Source: Lingula anatina (taxonomy: Eukaryota > Animalia > Brachiopoda). Taken from it: DNA of 64,000 nucleotides. Position 1 is the first letter of the stretch, and every line of letters begins with the position of its first letter. Of this stretch, positions 52,301 through 64,000 are shown piece after piece. The stretch is from positions 38,570,401 to 38,634,400 of the forward strand of contig CM120641.1 of the NCBI GenBank assembly GCA_051362555.1, in the 5' to 3' direction. Both the position numbers and the translations under genes were made by a program. The notes below the pieces were generated by a model that ran no database searches, was not told the DNA's origin, and saw nothing but the letters and a program-made list of their open reading frames with translations.

Positions 52301-53263
52301 GGTTACTGGCCTAAAGTATTTGGTCTGGGCGAGTGATTTAAATTGGTCCTAAACGTATGGTTGCTCAATAAAAATGTTGAACAATTATGTGAATAAAAAA
52401 ACTATCATTTCATCGTTGTTCATACCTTGTTTATACTAAAGAGAGGCACACGTGCTTTGACCTAAAACTTGCATATTATGACCAATCAGAGAAGATTACG
52501 TCATCCTCTGCGGGTCAGTGAAAGAAGAAGCATGTTTTAGTCGGGTAATTCAAATATCTTAAGAAAAAATGAGACACTTGGGAATCAATTATGACATTTT
52601 CAACATGAGTCTGACCGTCAACAGTCAACGGACTGGTCAACTTCGCCGATCTTCAAAGCCAAAGGTGTGCGTATTCGTACGCGCTGGGGCTCCAGCCAAT
52701 GCGTAAAAACAGCAAAACAACGCGTAATTACGCACTCTCATACGCTAACGAGTTTACTGTCATGCATTAGCACTTCAACCGGTATTTATGGCCTCTGACA
52801 TGTACTGGCTGTGCTAATCCATGAAAGCAAAGGCGTCAAAGGGTGCAAAATGGCTATCAGTTTGCACAATCTACCTTATAGACAAACAGATGAATCTTAC
52901 CTTATGCATGGCTCTGCTGAGGGGAATCTGGTTGGATTTAAAGGAGTGTGTAAGTTGAGGAGGGATAAAAATTTGAGAGCTCCCATGTATGTTACATCTG
53001 CAAACTAGTTGTCATTTTAAACTTTTTGAGGCCTTTGCAATACATATCAGAAACCATAAATAGGAGTACTTATGCATAATTTTGTGCTAGTGTCAAACAT
53101 TACTCATAATTTTCTTACAGATTAATGGTGTCTTGTTTGGTTGATACACGTGCCAAAAGCCTTTTCACATACCTGGTTGTGAAGGACTGTTGTTAAACTC
53201 TATAACTTCTTCTATATCCTCCTCGTTCAGTTCAAATGTATCCTCTATGTTGCTTGGGTCCAT
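46360..53263 (-). CDS. AAMP: Angio-associated migratory cell protein (WD40; Sqt1-like uL16 chaperone), 417 aa; exons 53173-53263, 50333-50470, 50085-50204, 49527-49666, 49087-49231, 48616-48699, 48305-48420, 47998-48095, 47445-47535, 47063-47217, 46360-46435
   Basis: Acidic N-terminus, then [17 protein letters not shown]...[13 protein letters not shown]; [30 protein letters not shown]; DLEWLRWHH...[26 protein letters not shown]; [13 protein letters not shown]; [15 protein letters not shown]. 1254 nt, phases consistent. Confidence 0.95.
48811..48856. repeat. (TAAA)n microsatellite
   Basis: Seen directly in an AAMP intron. Confidence 0.9.
49288..49346. repeat. (TG)n followed by a poly-G run
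   Basis: Seen directly in an AAMP intron. Confidence 0.9.
50722..51298 (+). mobile_element. HINE family B copy, 3'-truncated, with 4 internal tandem units of about 120-155 bp, in an AAMP intron
   Basis: Starts ttacctctgccaaggaggttatgttttcacccctg plus (tttg)n. The unit core atggacc(g/a)attttgatgaaattttcaggaactgtc occurs at about 50801, 50943, 51097 and 51218. Homologous to 19426-19807. Confidence 0.85.
51342..52759. mobile_element. Non-autonomous hAT-like element with imperfect 15-bp TIRs and 5-bp TSD
   Basis: cagtgcactcggtag ... ctaacgagtttactg (reverse complement cagtaaactcgttag); TCATG on both sides (51337-51341, 52760-52764). Confidence 0.6.
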
Positions 53264-54343
53264 AATAGTTATTATTCAGTCTGAATCCCTGAAAAGAAAA
53301 TAAAAGATGATCTTTGCAGAGATTTCTCAATTCCAATGTGACTTACTACTAGCTCTTTATTTCTCTATATCAATAGCAATTTATTACTTTTTAATGAACT
53401 TTTCTTTAATTCTCAGGGGAGATATCTTTGGCATCTTGGCAGGAATTAGTCGTTTTTTAGACAGTGTACTACATTGTAGTCTACAAGTTAACATGTGCGT
53501 CTCAGTGCTTTGGTTTTATTAACTTTTAACACAGGAACAACAAAAACAAGAAGTATTTTGAAAATACATACAGTTGTAACACAGTTGTGAAACAGCTTTT
53601 TGATTTAATACACACCCAATAGAATCACATTTTAGGTTGATACGCTGAATTTTGTGCTAGCAGTTTATCTTTGTTCTTTAAAGTGGTGTGGCGTGGAACT
53701 CCTGGTTAGGGCCTGAAATACAATCTTCCGTCTCAAAAGAGCTTGTGACGAAGCGATCTCCGATATTAGAAGAGCGGTTATACAAGTGACTGTGGAGCCG
53801 TCAGTGCTGAGTCGTACGTGCTAGTTATGGGGGCTGATAAATCGAAATTGCCGAAGAAATGGGATCGTGCAGACATCAGTACATTAGAAAAATACGAGAA
53901 AATTATAAACCAGGAGGAAATCAACAAATGGAATATTAAAAACCCGGAAACGAGAATTGGACACAAAGGCATGGTAAAACAAGTTCTAACTGCATAGTAA
54001 GTGTCAAGATACATGTTACCATGTAAACGTTTTTACTTTGACCTTGTGTAATAACGTGATGGTCTCAAAAATAGTTGCAATACCACGACAGTTTTTATGT
54101 AATCCGCATGTCAGGTGTTTTTATAAAATACTTGGGTCAGCGTGGGTGGCAAATAAGCATTAAATGCAACAAAAAGTCCGAATGTGCAAAGTGGGAAAGT
54201 TCTATGCATGTAACCCTCAAGTTTTATGAAAGAGAAACTTACTGCTTAATATGGCGTCATAAAGAGTTTTTGCAGGCTAGCTTCATTTCACATTCTTGCA
54301 GTATTGCCTGATAGTTGGATTTATAAACTGAGATTGACCCATA

Positions 54344-54670
54344 ACAGGACACTTTGCCTCAATTCTCGGCCTTAGCCTAGGCCGATTCCCATATACACCA
54401 TTTGTCTTTGTAGTTTGATCAAACTCTGTGGGGACTCTATCTGAGTGCAATCAGCTTAACTAAATGACACATCACGTTATATTAGTACATTGAAATCAAA
54501 AGGCCTGTCATTCAGTCAAACTGATTGCATTCAGCGAGAGAATCCCCAGAGTTGGATTAATCTACATTTTGTACGTAGTTTGATGGTTTCTAATGGAATG
54601 GGGTGTTATCTGACATTCATGTAAGTACCTAGCAGGTAAGGCCAAAAACTGAGGCAACTTGACATCCTGT
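54344..54670. mobile_element. Old palindromic MITE; a related fragment lies at about 24520-24575
   Basis: Arms acagga...ttgcctca...ggcctta and tgtagtttgatcaaactctgtggggactc...tgcaatcag are mirrored by ctgattgcattcagcgagagaatccccagagttggattaatctaca and taaggcc...tgaggcaa...tcctgt. Confidence 0.65.
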
Positions 54671-54714
54671 AGCCAGTAGTAGGTTTGTTTTTTATGAAGA
54701 ATTGTGATCAGGAA

Positions 54715-55543
54715 GCGCATTCAGAACAGATCATTGACAATAACTGAGCTGCTGACTAATTATATTGCCTACCCCACTTTATAGCAAATGGCTTAATTCC
54801 CTGATGGTCACCCCACATCCACACGCGCCATTAAATGAATTAAATCTCGGTTCCGAGGTTTACTTGCTAGGCCCCTGCAGCTATGGGACGTGTGGAGACA
54901 GGGAGCCCATCAGGGGATTAGCAGCATTGGTCCAAGTGGGTGGCCCATATTTAGTCTGCAGATCTGTTAGAGCGCATTCTCAACGAATTAAGCCAGGCTT
55001 TACAAAGCCGGTGACCTAAAAATGGCGGACGTACATGAAAGAAAAACCGCCTAATCTTTTAATAGTCCCTCCGCCTCTCACACGCCTTCCCACACGTCGT
55101 CCCTGCGGGGTACAGTAATTAAATCTCGGCTCCGAACATTAATATTTCCGTGAATATCTCTGGTGATATTATCTCCGTAGATAGTCGATTCATTGCTGCT
55201 CTACGGGCCAAATTATTCCTTTTTCGTCTCTGTTTTCAAAGATAATAGAACAGAAGAGCTTTTTTCCTTCGATCGCCTTCAGCCGCCATGCTTTCTTCAC
55301 CACGAGTTTAACTGATGAGCATGCGCACTTAATATTTCTCAGGTAGCTTCCGCATGGCGAACGGAGCCGAGATTTAATTACTGTACCCCGCAGGGACGAC
55401 GTGTGGGGAGGCGGAGAGACTATTAAAAGATTAGGCGGTTTTTCTTTCATGTACGTCCGCCATTTTTAGGTCACCGGCTTTGTAAAGCCTGGCTTAATTC
55501 GTTGAGAATGCGCTCTTAGTCCGCTAATCAACTTGTTCTGAAT
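54715..55543. mobile_element. Copy of the ~290-bp palindromic MITE family, interrupted by a younger insertion
   Basis: cattcagaacagatc...gatctgTTA [insert] TTAgtccgc...ttgttctgaat; rejoining restores the 34497-type sequence. Confidence 0.7.
54970..55515. mobile_element. Young 546-bp PIF/Harbinger-like MITE with ~165-bp near-perfect TIRs and TTA TSD
   Basis: gagcgcattctcaacgaattaagccaggctttacaaagccggtgacc... is mirrored at 55515 backwards; TTA at 54967-54969 and 55516-55518. Confidence 0.9.
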
Positions 55544-57211
55544 TTTCACAATGAAACTTAAGTGGAAAAATGTGCAGAATTTAAAGTTCCTTTACATTTT
55601 TCTTCCAGTGTTATAGCGACAGTTGTTGCATTGTCTGCTTTGGTAGCAATTCAAGTGCATACAAAGAAAAACAAACGAGCTTACATTAAAGAGAAAAAAA
55701 GACAGAGACGTGAAATGGAGCAGAAGAACGATAACACGACTTAGAGCTTAATATATTGCTTTCCTGCAACTGTGCTGAGGTTGTGATATGCTGAAATCTT
55801 GGAACCAAAAAAAAAAAAAAAAAAAATGATGCCCATTTGTTCAAGACGGATACATCTGCATGAAAGAAACATAAGATTTCTTTAAAAATCAAGGATTGTT
55901 TACCTTTGAACGATTTCTACTGGATGCTTTTGGTAGACTGGACGCATGCACAGAGGGAAACTAAGGACAATAAAAGAAAAAAGTGGTACATAAAAATGTG
56001 ACAGGGGATGTGTATTGTTGTTCCAGTGAGAAACACTGGGGAAGTGCATTATCCTCTTAGAAAAGGGCGATTTACAACCAGAAAACTCAGAATGAAAGAA
56101 TAAGTTATTGGAAAGAGGGCTTAACTTTGATTTTAAAATCTGCTTAGCATATCAGGCAGATAAGTTTGAACTGTATTATCAATATGTACTGAATAAAAAG
56201 GTATGTAACCTGCATTTAAAATTCATGTTTTTAATGGACCTTATCACATGGTGCGTGAACCATTCTGTAGCTAAAACACTTAGACTGGTCCCAACATATA
56301 ATTTTGCTACTGGGAATTTTTGCTCCCTGGCCCAAGTTCACTTTCAAGTGTTTGGAACAATCAAATTTAATCGGATGAAGCAGCAAACTCTTAAAGTGTT
56401 TTGAGATGTTGTGAAACAGGCCTTTGTTTGCAAATCTTTCAATGTTTCTCATTTTTCAATTCATAATTTAAAAACAATAAAACACCTTAAATAAAGTACC
56501 CGATATCAACCGAAATGTACAAAAAAACGTGGTTAAAGTTACTAGCAAGTCATTAAGAACATTTTAAAATTAGAAATGGTATACACAAGTGCAGGGATAG
56601 ACTGAGAGATGATTTGCAAGTAGGAGAAAATTACTTTTTCATTCAGGAAAATCAAATTGACAGGAAAATCCCAGATGTGGTACCTAACAATTCCATACAG
56701 GAGAGAATGACAGTGTATACTAAAGACATGATTGAATTGGGAAAGAACATACATTTCAGAGAAGATGTCTTTGTTAATTTGATGTTACAAATTCCTTTCA
56801 AGTGACGACTTTCAAATTTTATTCACCCTTAACACGACCTTCCAAAATAAAGGCTGAATAAGGCATTGTAATGTTTTTAAAAAGGCAAATCAATTTACAG
56901 ACAAATACAAAACCTTTTTCAAAGTTGCTATATGTAAATTTCATTGGGTGAAATATTGTTTAACCCTTGCCATTACTGTCCCTTTGCACCACTCAAACTT
57001 TTCTCCCAGCATGGCATCGTGTAACATAGAGCTTACACAAAATTGTATTCATGCATCTTTTATTATCGTTCCACTGTTATGTGTTACTTGATCAATATGG
57101 TGCAAAAAGTCTAATAAAAGCAAATCATAGACAGTTAATTTTCCATCTGTAATGTACCATTTCACATTGTGTATCTGTTTCATTTTAGTTCATAATGCTC
57201 TCATATTGTTA

Positions 57212-59325
57212 TTACTTTGGTAGAGCAAGTAAAGTTTGCTGTCCCTGTGGGAGATAGACCACATTAGGAGAAGCTGAGAGCTGGTAGGCAATATCCTCCG
57301 AGGCCTCAATTTTTCTCAACTCAATCAAACCCTCACCAGCTGACTTGAATGCTTGGGCTATCAAATCAGCAGCCTTGGAATCGCCCTCTGCTTTGATGAC
57401 ATTAGCAAGTTTAGACTGTTCTTCCTGAAATCAAAATAAAGTTCTGTTAATATAATGTGTAATTTGAAAGCAATTAATTTGCTACAATATGCAATAAGAC
57501 ATTTTAATGACAGATGAAGAATTAAACGTGAAACAAGATCCTTTGTTGGCCAATATTTCCATAAAGAAAAAAGTAACGTTTTTGGAAACCAAGTTCCCAA
57601 CATATGCAGCTTGCTTACTCTCTCCACAAGGTATCTGGCTCTTTCTGCTTCCTGTTGGGCAACGGCCTTCAATTCTACAGCTTCTGAGAATTCTTTTCCA
57701 AAGGTCAAATGTGTCTATTTAAAATTAAACAGGAAGATACACAATCTTGAATTGAAATGGAAAAGACTGCACAATAACCAATTTCATTTAGATGTGAGGC
57801 ATTAAATGTATCAAAGTGCATACTTAAACACTTGTTGACCTTTGCACTTAATGGCTTAGCAATAAGTCAAAGGAAATGGGTTATTTCTCATCAAATTGTT
57901 CATGTATTTCTATTGATAAAACACAAAGATTGTTAAAGATAACACCATTTACTTTTGTTTTGGATTCAACATAATTTCTAAGCTATCAACAAACTTAAGT
58001 TGACATGCTCACCAAGGCTATATCATCGCAGATAATTCCAAACTTTGCAGCTCTATCCATTAGTTCTTCACTCACTTTCTGTGAGACCAGTTCTCTCTGA
58101 GTAATCAGTTCACTGGCATCAAACTGGGCCTAAGGACACAACGTCGTGCAGATATTAACAAGACAAAAGAATCAATTAATAGATTTAGGTCTGAAATAAA
58201 ACTTGGGAGTCAGCAAATTCAGTTGAAGTTATTTTTAATTTCAGTAACAGAAACCATACATAAAGCATAGTCAAATGATCAATATCCCATATTTGCTTAT
58301 TTATGAATTTTAAATACATATTTCACACTATTTTCAACAAACATTAACATGAGACATATTACATAACAAATCATTTACCACTACAGCCTTCAACACTTCC
58401 TGTGTAATAGAGGGCAGTACTCTCTCATCATAGTCGAGGCCCAAATTTATGAAGATTTTTGGAAGTTCTTCCTGAACTGGCCTGAACAGGATACGCAGGG
58501 TAATATTGCAGTTCTGTAAATCTAAGTATCAAATTTGAAATTAATTTTTTTTGTGAGTATTTATCAACATGTTAATACTTTTTTTTTGCAATTTTACATT
58601 CATTTCAATTATTTGTTAAAAAAGGGTACTATTTTTAATGACATCAGAAAGGCTCTGCTCACATCACCTTGTATCTTTCCAGGGAAACTGAAAAAAGATT
58701 TTGGTACATCAATGAACTGACTTAATTTCACATACTTGGATAAAACAATTATTATGCAAGAGTGAGTCCAGATCAAGAGTAACAGATTTTAATGACTTTT
58801 GACAAACCTTTGCTGCCAGTTACAACAGGGACATTTCTTGCTCTGGACCGACAGTCAAATATGTATGGTTTCTGTACTATTGGAATCATAAAATGTGTGC
58901 CTTCACCAATGACATTTTGTTGAACTCCACGGAATCTGTCAAACATTATGGCTCTGTGTCCTCCATCAACTGAAAAAATGAAAGAAAAGTTGTGAGTACA
59001 GCTAATTATGTTACTTACACTTTCTGTCTACACTAGCTTCACCTTCACTAGTTTATCCTTATGATTTCAAACATTTTGTAAATCTGCAAAGATTAACCTG
59101 TTTGTCTTTGAATATCATTTACTGAAATGTGTAAAATATAACAAAGCTAAACTTGTCTGAAAGACAATGTAATTCATAATGATATACATACTATTTATTG
59201 AATATACTAGACATCCCAAAATGCCAAATGGTCTAATTACCATTGTATAATGCAGAGTTTATCACACTCCCCACAGCAGCCACACCAATGCCTAGATATG
59301 TCAGTCTTTGTGCAATTCCAGCCAT
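57212..59325 (-). CDS. PHB1: Prohibitin 1, 271 aa; exons 59241-59325, 58808-58969, 58379-58521, 58013-58129, 57619-57714, 57212-57424
   Basis: [22 protein letters not shown]...GEGTHF; [19 protein letters not shown]; [35 protein letters not shown]; [31 protein letters not shown]; [19 protein letters not shown]. 816 nt, phases consistent. Confidence 0.96.
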
Positions 59326-59430
59326 TTTCTATTACTATAATCCTGAAAAATTAACATTCCATACATTTAAAGAAAAAGATATATCTTTTTTTCAAATACA
59401 GATATTGGTAAAAATCATAAGGCCAGGAAG

Positions 59431-62270
59431 AACTAGAGGATCAGAGAGGCGATACCGCCTCCGAATATTGTACCACCAGCTGGAGCAAGCGCATTCGTAT
59501 AGACCCCCACATACACAAAGTAAGGGACACAGCCACCAGTCTTATGCTTGACAAGCTATAAAAATGCAATCAACAAGAATTTTCAAAATACGCAAAAAAT
59601 ATATATAACTTAAAATGGTACAATCAAAGTTAAGTTCATCGTAAGGTAGGTCAAAGGTCAATTTCAAGGTCGCAGTAAATTGCCAGTATATGACTTCCTA
59701 TTCAACTTCAATAGTAACTATGGACCTATCTCTGCCAGGTTTGGAGTTAAAAGAGAAAGAAATTAGCAGAGTTCAGTTCATGATTATAAGTAGGTCAAAG
59801 GTCAATTTGAAGGTCACATATAGATTGCCAGTATATGACTTCCTATTCAAGTCCAATAGTAACTACGGACCATCTCAGCCAGTTTTGGAGATAAAAGGAA
59901 ACCAAAATTTGCAAAGTTCAGTTCATGGTGAAAAGTAGGTCAAAGGTCAATTTCAAGGTCACAGTAAGATTGCCAGTATATGACTTCCTATTCAAGTCCA
60001 ATAGAAACTACGGACCTATCTCTGCCAGTTTTGGAGATAAAAGGGAAGCAAAATTTGCAATGTTCAGTTCATGGTGAAAAGTAGGTCAAAGGTCAATTTT
60101 AAGGTCACATTTAGATTGCCAGTATATGACTTCCTATTCAAGTTCAATAGTAACTATGGACCTATCTCTGCCAGATTTGGAGACAAAAGGGAAGCAAAAT
60201 TTGCAAAGTTCAGTTCATGGTGAAAAGTAGGTCAAAGGTCAATTTTAAGGTCACATTTATATTGCCAGTATATGACTTCCTATTCAAGTTCAATTGTAAC
60301 TATGGACCTATCTCTGCCAGTTTTGGAGATAAAAGGAAAGCAAAATTTGCAAAGTTCAGTTCATGGTGAAAAGTAGGTCAAAGGTCAATTTTAAGGTCAC
60401 ATTTATTTTGCCAGTATATGACTTCCTATTCAAGTTCAATAGTAACTATGGACCTATCTCTGCCAGTTTTGGAGATATAAGGGACTAAATGTTATAATTT
60501 TGGAGTTACCATAATGTGCCTTAAATTTCGAACAGAAAAAATTAATTAAAATAAAGAAAATGTCATTTTGGTCAAAATTCTTGAAATAGGAGGTGCTCTG
60601 AAGTTTCAGAAGTTCAAGTTTGATGAAATAATGTCATTTTTGAACATAAGTTGTCTGCTTTGCCAAGCCTTATGTTTTATTTTTCCAGAGTTCAAAATTT
60701 ATTATCCATTACCGTACTGCACATTTTGCTTTTACCACCAATATGTACTTTTTGATACAGCGTAACTCGAAAACCGTATGGAATACAAAAAAACCAAGAC
60801 CACCTCCAGTATTGGGCTTTACATGCAAAGTTCAGTTCATGGTGAAAAGTAGGTCAAAGGTCAATTTTAAGGTCACATTTATATTGCCAGTATATGACTT
60901 CCTATTCAAGTTCAATAGTAACTATGGACCTATCTCTGCCAGTTTTGGAGATAAAAGGGAAGCAAAATTTGCAAAGTTCAGTTCATGGTGAAAAGTAGGT
61001 CAAAGGTCAATTTTAAGGTCACACTTAGATTGCCAGTATATGACTTCCTATTCAAGTTCAATAGTAACTATGGACCTATCTCTGCCAGTTTTGGAGATAA
61101 AACGGAAGCAAAATTTGCAAAGTTCAGTTCATGGTGAAAAGTAGGTCAAAGGTCAATTTCAAGGTCACAGTAAGATTGCCAGTATATGACTTCCTATTCA
61201 ACTTCAACAGTAACTATGGACCTATCTCTGCCAGTTTTGGAGATATAAGGGACTAAATGTTATAATTTTGGAGTTACCTTAATGTGCCATAAATTTCCTA
61301 CAGAAAAAATTAATTAAAATAAAGAAAAGGTCATTTTGGTCAAAATTCTTGAAATGGGAGGTGCTCTGAACTTCCAGAAGTTCAATTTTGATGAAATAAT
61401 GTCATTTTTGACCACAAGTTGTCTGCTTTGCCAAGCCTTATGTTTTATTTTTCCGGAGTTCAAAATTTATTATCCATTACCGTACTGCACATTTTGCTTT
61501 CACCACCAATATGTACTTTTTGATACAGCGTAACTCGAAAACCGTATGGAATACAAAAAAACGGAGACCACCTCCAGTGTTGGGCTTTACATGCTCTACA
61601 AAATGCAAAAAAGAATGGGTCTCTAGCATTAACGGTTCCCGAATTAGAGACAGTTTTCAGTTTTGGTATCTTATGGCCGCTACACCCGTGAAAATGCACC
61701 GATTGACCCCAAATTCACACAGATGAAAGATGACCTGAAGGGTAACATTTTCCAATAATATTATTGGTTAAGTCTGTGTGGTGTCTGAATAACAGCGCAA
61801 ATAAATTTTTTTTCGAAAAAAAATTCATTTTTTTGAAAATTTTGGCCCGTTTGACCTTGAAATAAAGGTCAAAGGTCAAATCCAAGGGCATATTTGAAAT
61901 CTACACATATGACTTTTGGAAAGCCGTCTGTAGAAATTTTTCCCATAATTCCTTCCGTAGGGTAGATAATTAGCATTTAATTTTGCCATTTTTGGACAAG
62001 GGTGCATTGCAATGAGTGCCACACCTAGACCCCAATACCGACAAAGCCCAAATTTTACATGGAACGAGTTGAGATTATAGGTGACCTAAATCCAAGAGAT
62101 GGGTATGGGGGCCCTTACCGTCTAGGAGGAGAAGCGGTAACGGTAACATGGCGGCGGAGCCGGCGGAGCCGCAGGAGCCGGCGGAGCCGGCGGAGCCGCA
62201 GGAGCCGGCGGAACGGACCGGACGGGACTAAAACCATGTGTACCGCCAGCGCTCACGCTGGTGGTACAAT
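59431..62270 (-). mobile_element. HINE family A copy 2 (2.8 kb), in the PHB1 5'-UTR intron
   Basis: Reverse complement of 16094-18151: aactagaggatcagagaggcgataccgcctcc at one end and gtaccgccagcgctcacgctggtggtac at the other; 9-bp GC minisatellite at about 62149-62211; 146-bp units. Confidence 0.88.
59630..61595. repeat. 146-bp satellite (about 6 + 3 units) with a 768-bp higher-order duplication
   Basis: ggacctatctctgccag at 59722, about 59867, 60012, 60158, 60304, 60450, then 60926, 61072, 61218. ORF pairs 60568/61336 and 60743/61511 are offset by exactly 768. Confidence 0.9.
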
Positions 62271-62654
62271 TACTCTTGTGTCAGTGAACTATGGTGGTAT
62301 TATTTATATTTTTTTATAATCTGTTAGATGTGACACTGATCTGACTAAAAATATTAAGATATTATTGCTACATACGAATGTTACCACGTATTCAAATAAT
62401 TGAGGCCTAGGCAAGTTCCTAAAATACGTTTTTTTCTTCAAATCCATGAACCCTAGCCAAGGGCTACGGCATTCTCACTGGAGTCGAGACTTAAGAATCA
62501 TAATTTGCTACCATGTTTATTAGTTCTAAAGTGTAGTTTCCTACAATTTACATAATTGCCAGTCTTGAATACTAATTTTTGTACGATGAAAATTAATCAA
62601 ATCAAAAACGCGCAAAAGAGGTAAAATAAACAGTTAAATTTGTAAAGGACCTAC

Positions 62655-62856
62655 CTTAGGTAACTAGCTCTCAAACTTGCATGTGCAGGAAATCAAAACT
62701 GCGCATGTGTGAGTCGGCATTTCTAACTTACTGCGCATGCCCGTACTACATGTGAGCTGATGAAAAACGTGGAAATTCAACACAACAAAACAGAAGTGTG
62801 AAACTGAAGCTGCAAGTTAGAAAGAAAAAGAAGCTACTGTAAAAATTTGAAGAAAG
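62655..62856. promoter_or_regulatory. Compact bidirectional promoter: PHB1 non-coding exon 1 (minus, donor at 62655) and first exon of an unidentified plus-strand gene (donor at 62856)
   Basis: Minus donor taag|gtaggt; plus donor aaag|gttagt; NRF1-like motifs tgcatgtgca (62678), tgcgcatgtg (62700) and tgcgcatgc (62732) lie between them. Confidence 0.55.
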
Positions 62857-64000
62857 GTTAGTGTATTTCTTGGAGGCTTTTTGTTTTTTCTTTGGGTTGT
62901 TTAACATATGCTGTTTGCGACGTAAGCCTAAAAATTGATTTTCATTTTCAAACTGAAGTCAAAGTGTTGTGAGCATGACTAGTCCATTCGAAGTAGTAGT
63001 AGTACAAGAAGTACCATTACTGAAAGAATATTTAGCGATACGATTTTACCCAGGGTTAGTTTTCCGAGTTTTATTGGTATAGGTAAAACTAAATACTGTT
63101 TCATTTCTTCTTGTGACCTACAAGTAATATGTTGTCTAAGTTTCCAGCCTGACAATATACAAGCTAGGACCTTACTAAGTAAGGCTTCATAACACCCAGT
63201 GTTGAAGACTCTCAAGGCTATAAATATCAGCACCTTGGAGTAATTGTGCCCTCTGCCACACTGTGTGGAATATCATATGCGGTTGAAGTTCTTTTGCATT
63301 GGTTTACACACCAGTTTGATATCATTTTAGCCTTAGTATTCCAGCTATGCAGTAGTGGTACCACTTTTGTGTTGTAATCAGTGGTACATGTCTAAGTTGC
63401 TTGTAAAAAGAGATTTTTACACATGATGATTGTGTGTGTGTGATGATTCCTAGTCTTTATGGAAAGTGTATCATTGTAATTTGACTTGCAAAGTTCAACA
63501 AATGGTTCAAAGGTAACTCTTAGTTCTCATGTGCCTGTGATCACTATCATGTGTGAAGCTTCTGGGCACTTCCCCAAAGTATGCATTATTTCCAAATGGC
63601 TTTTGTTATGTGGTAGTAGTAGTAGTTTGCCGGTGGAATGCTTGAATGCATCACAGCTCTGTATTTTTTGTACATCCCACACAAACGTCTTGGAAATTTG
63701 TGGATTTTGGATATTTTGTTAGAATAACTTTAACTTTTTAAATTCCTGTCGGACAACCCATGGGTTCATCTCAGCTATTAGCCGGTAAGCCCAAGGACAA
63801 AATACAAGCTTCATGTTTGGCTCTCAAGTCCTACTAAAGCATACCAAGGGCAGATTCTTTCACATGCTATGACCTATTCACCAGTTTTTTATTCTTGGTC
63901 TCTGACTTTTTAAAAATGTTTTATTAATATGTTGCTCCCCGTGGATGTCATTACTTAGGATTTTTATGTTCAAATTTATTTACCTAAACCATCTGCACAA

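Noticed and set aside
60568-61726. Duplicated 65-82-aa ORFs that look like a small gene pair
   Set aside because: Products of the 768-bp duplication in a non-coding element, with non-ATG starts and no domain.
63423-63490. Box C-like RTGATGA motifs suggesting an intronic C/D snoRNA
   Set aside because: Embedded in a (TG)n stretch; no well-placed CTGA box D, terminal stem or recognisable rRNA guide.

Overview
AT-rich, intron-containing animal genomic DNA, not prokaryotic; the repeat families suggest a marine invertebrate, probably a mollusc or other lophotrochozoan (inference). I reconstructed six protein-coding genes by hand from GT-AG splice sites with consistent phases: SETD2 (5' part, minus strand, 32-nt first coding exon plus a >5.8-kb second exon that runs off the left edge), eIF1/SUI1 (plus, head-to-head with SETD2), LARP4/4B (minus, with two alternative start exons), CRYL1 (minus), AAMP (minus) and prohibitin PHB1 (minus). 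A probable non-coding first exon of a seventh, plus-strand gene lies near 62.8 kb. Introns hold many non-autonomous elements: two Helentron/HINE-like families with internal tandem arrays, a TTAA-targeting Kolobok-like MITE in four copies, Harbinger-like MITEs (one nested in another), hAT-like elements with 5- and 6-bp TSDs, and a LINE 3' end. The most notable observations are: (i) a mobile 146-bp satellite whose units each carry a perfect nuclear-receptor DR1 site, inserted in two first introns; (ii) one LARP4 gene with two alternative N-termini resembling those of the two vertebrate paralogs; (iii) a long RRSPSP repeat tract in SETD2; (iv) an atypical CRYL1 in a CpG-rich block. No CRISPR array, tRNA, rRNA or prokaryotic system was seen. 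Most ORFs in the supplied track are antisense shadows or noise.
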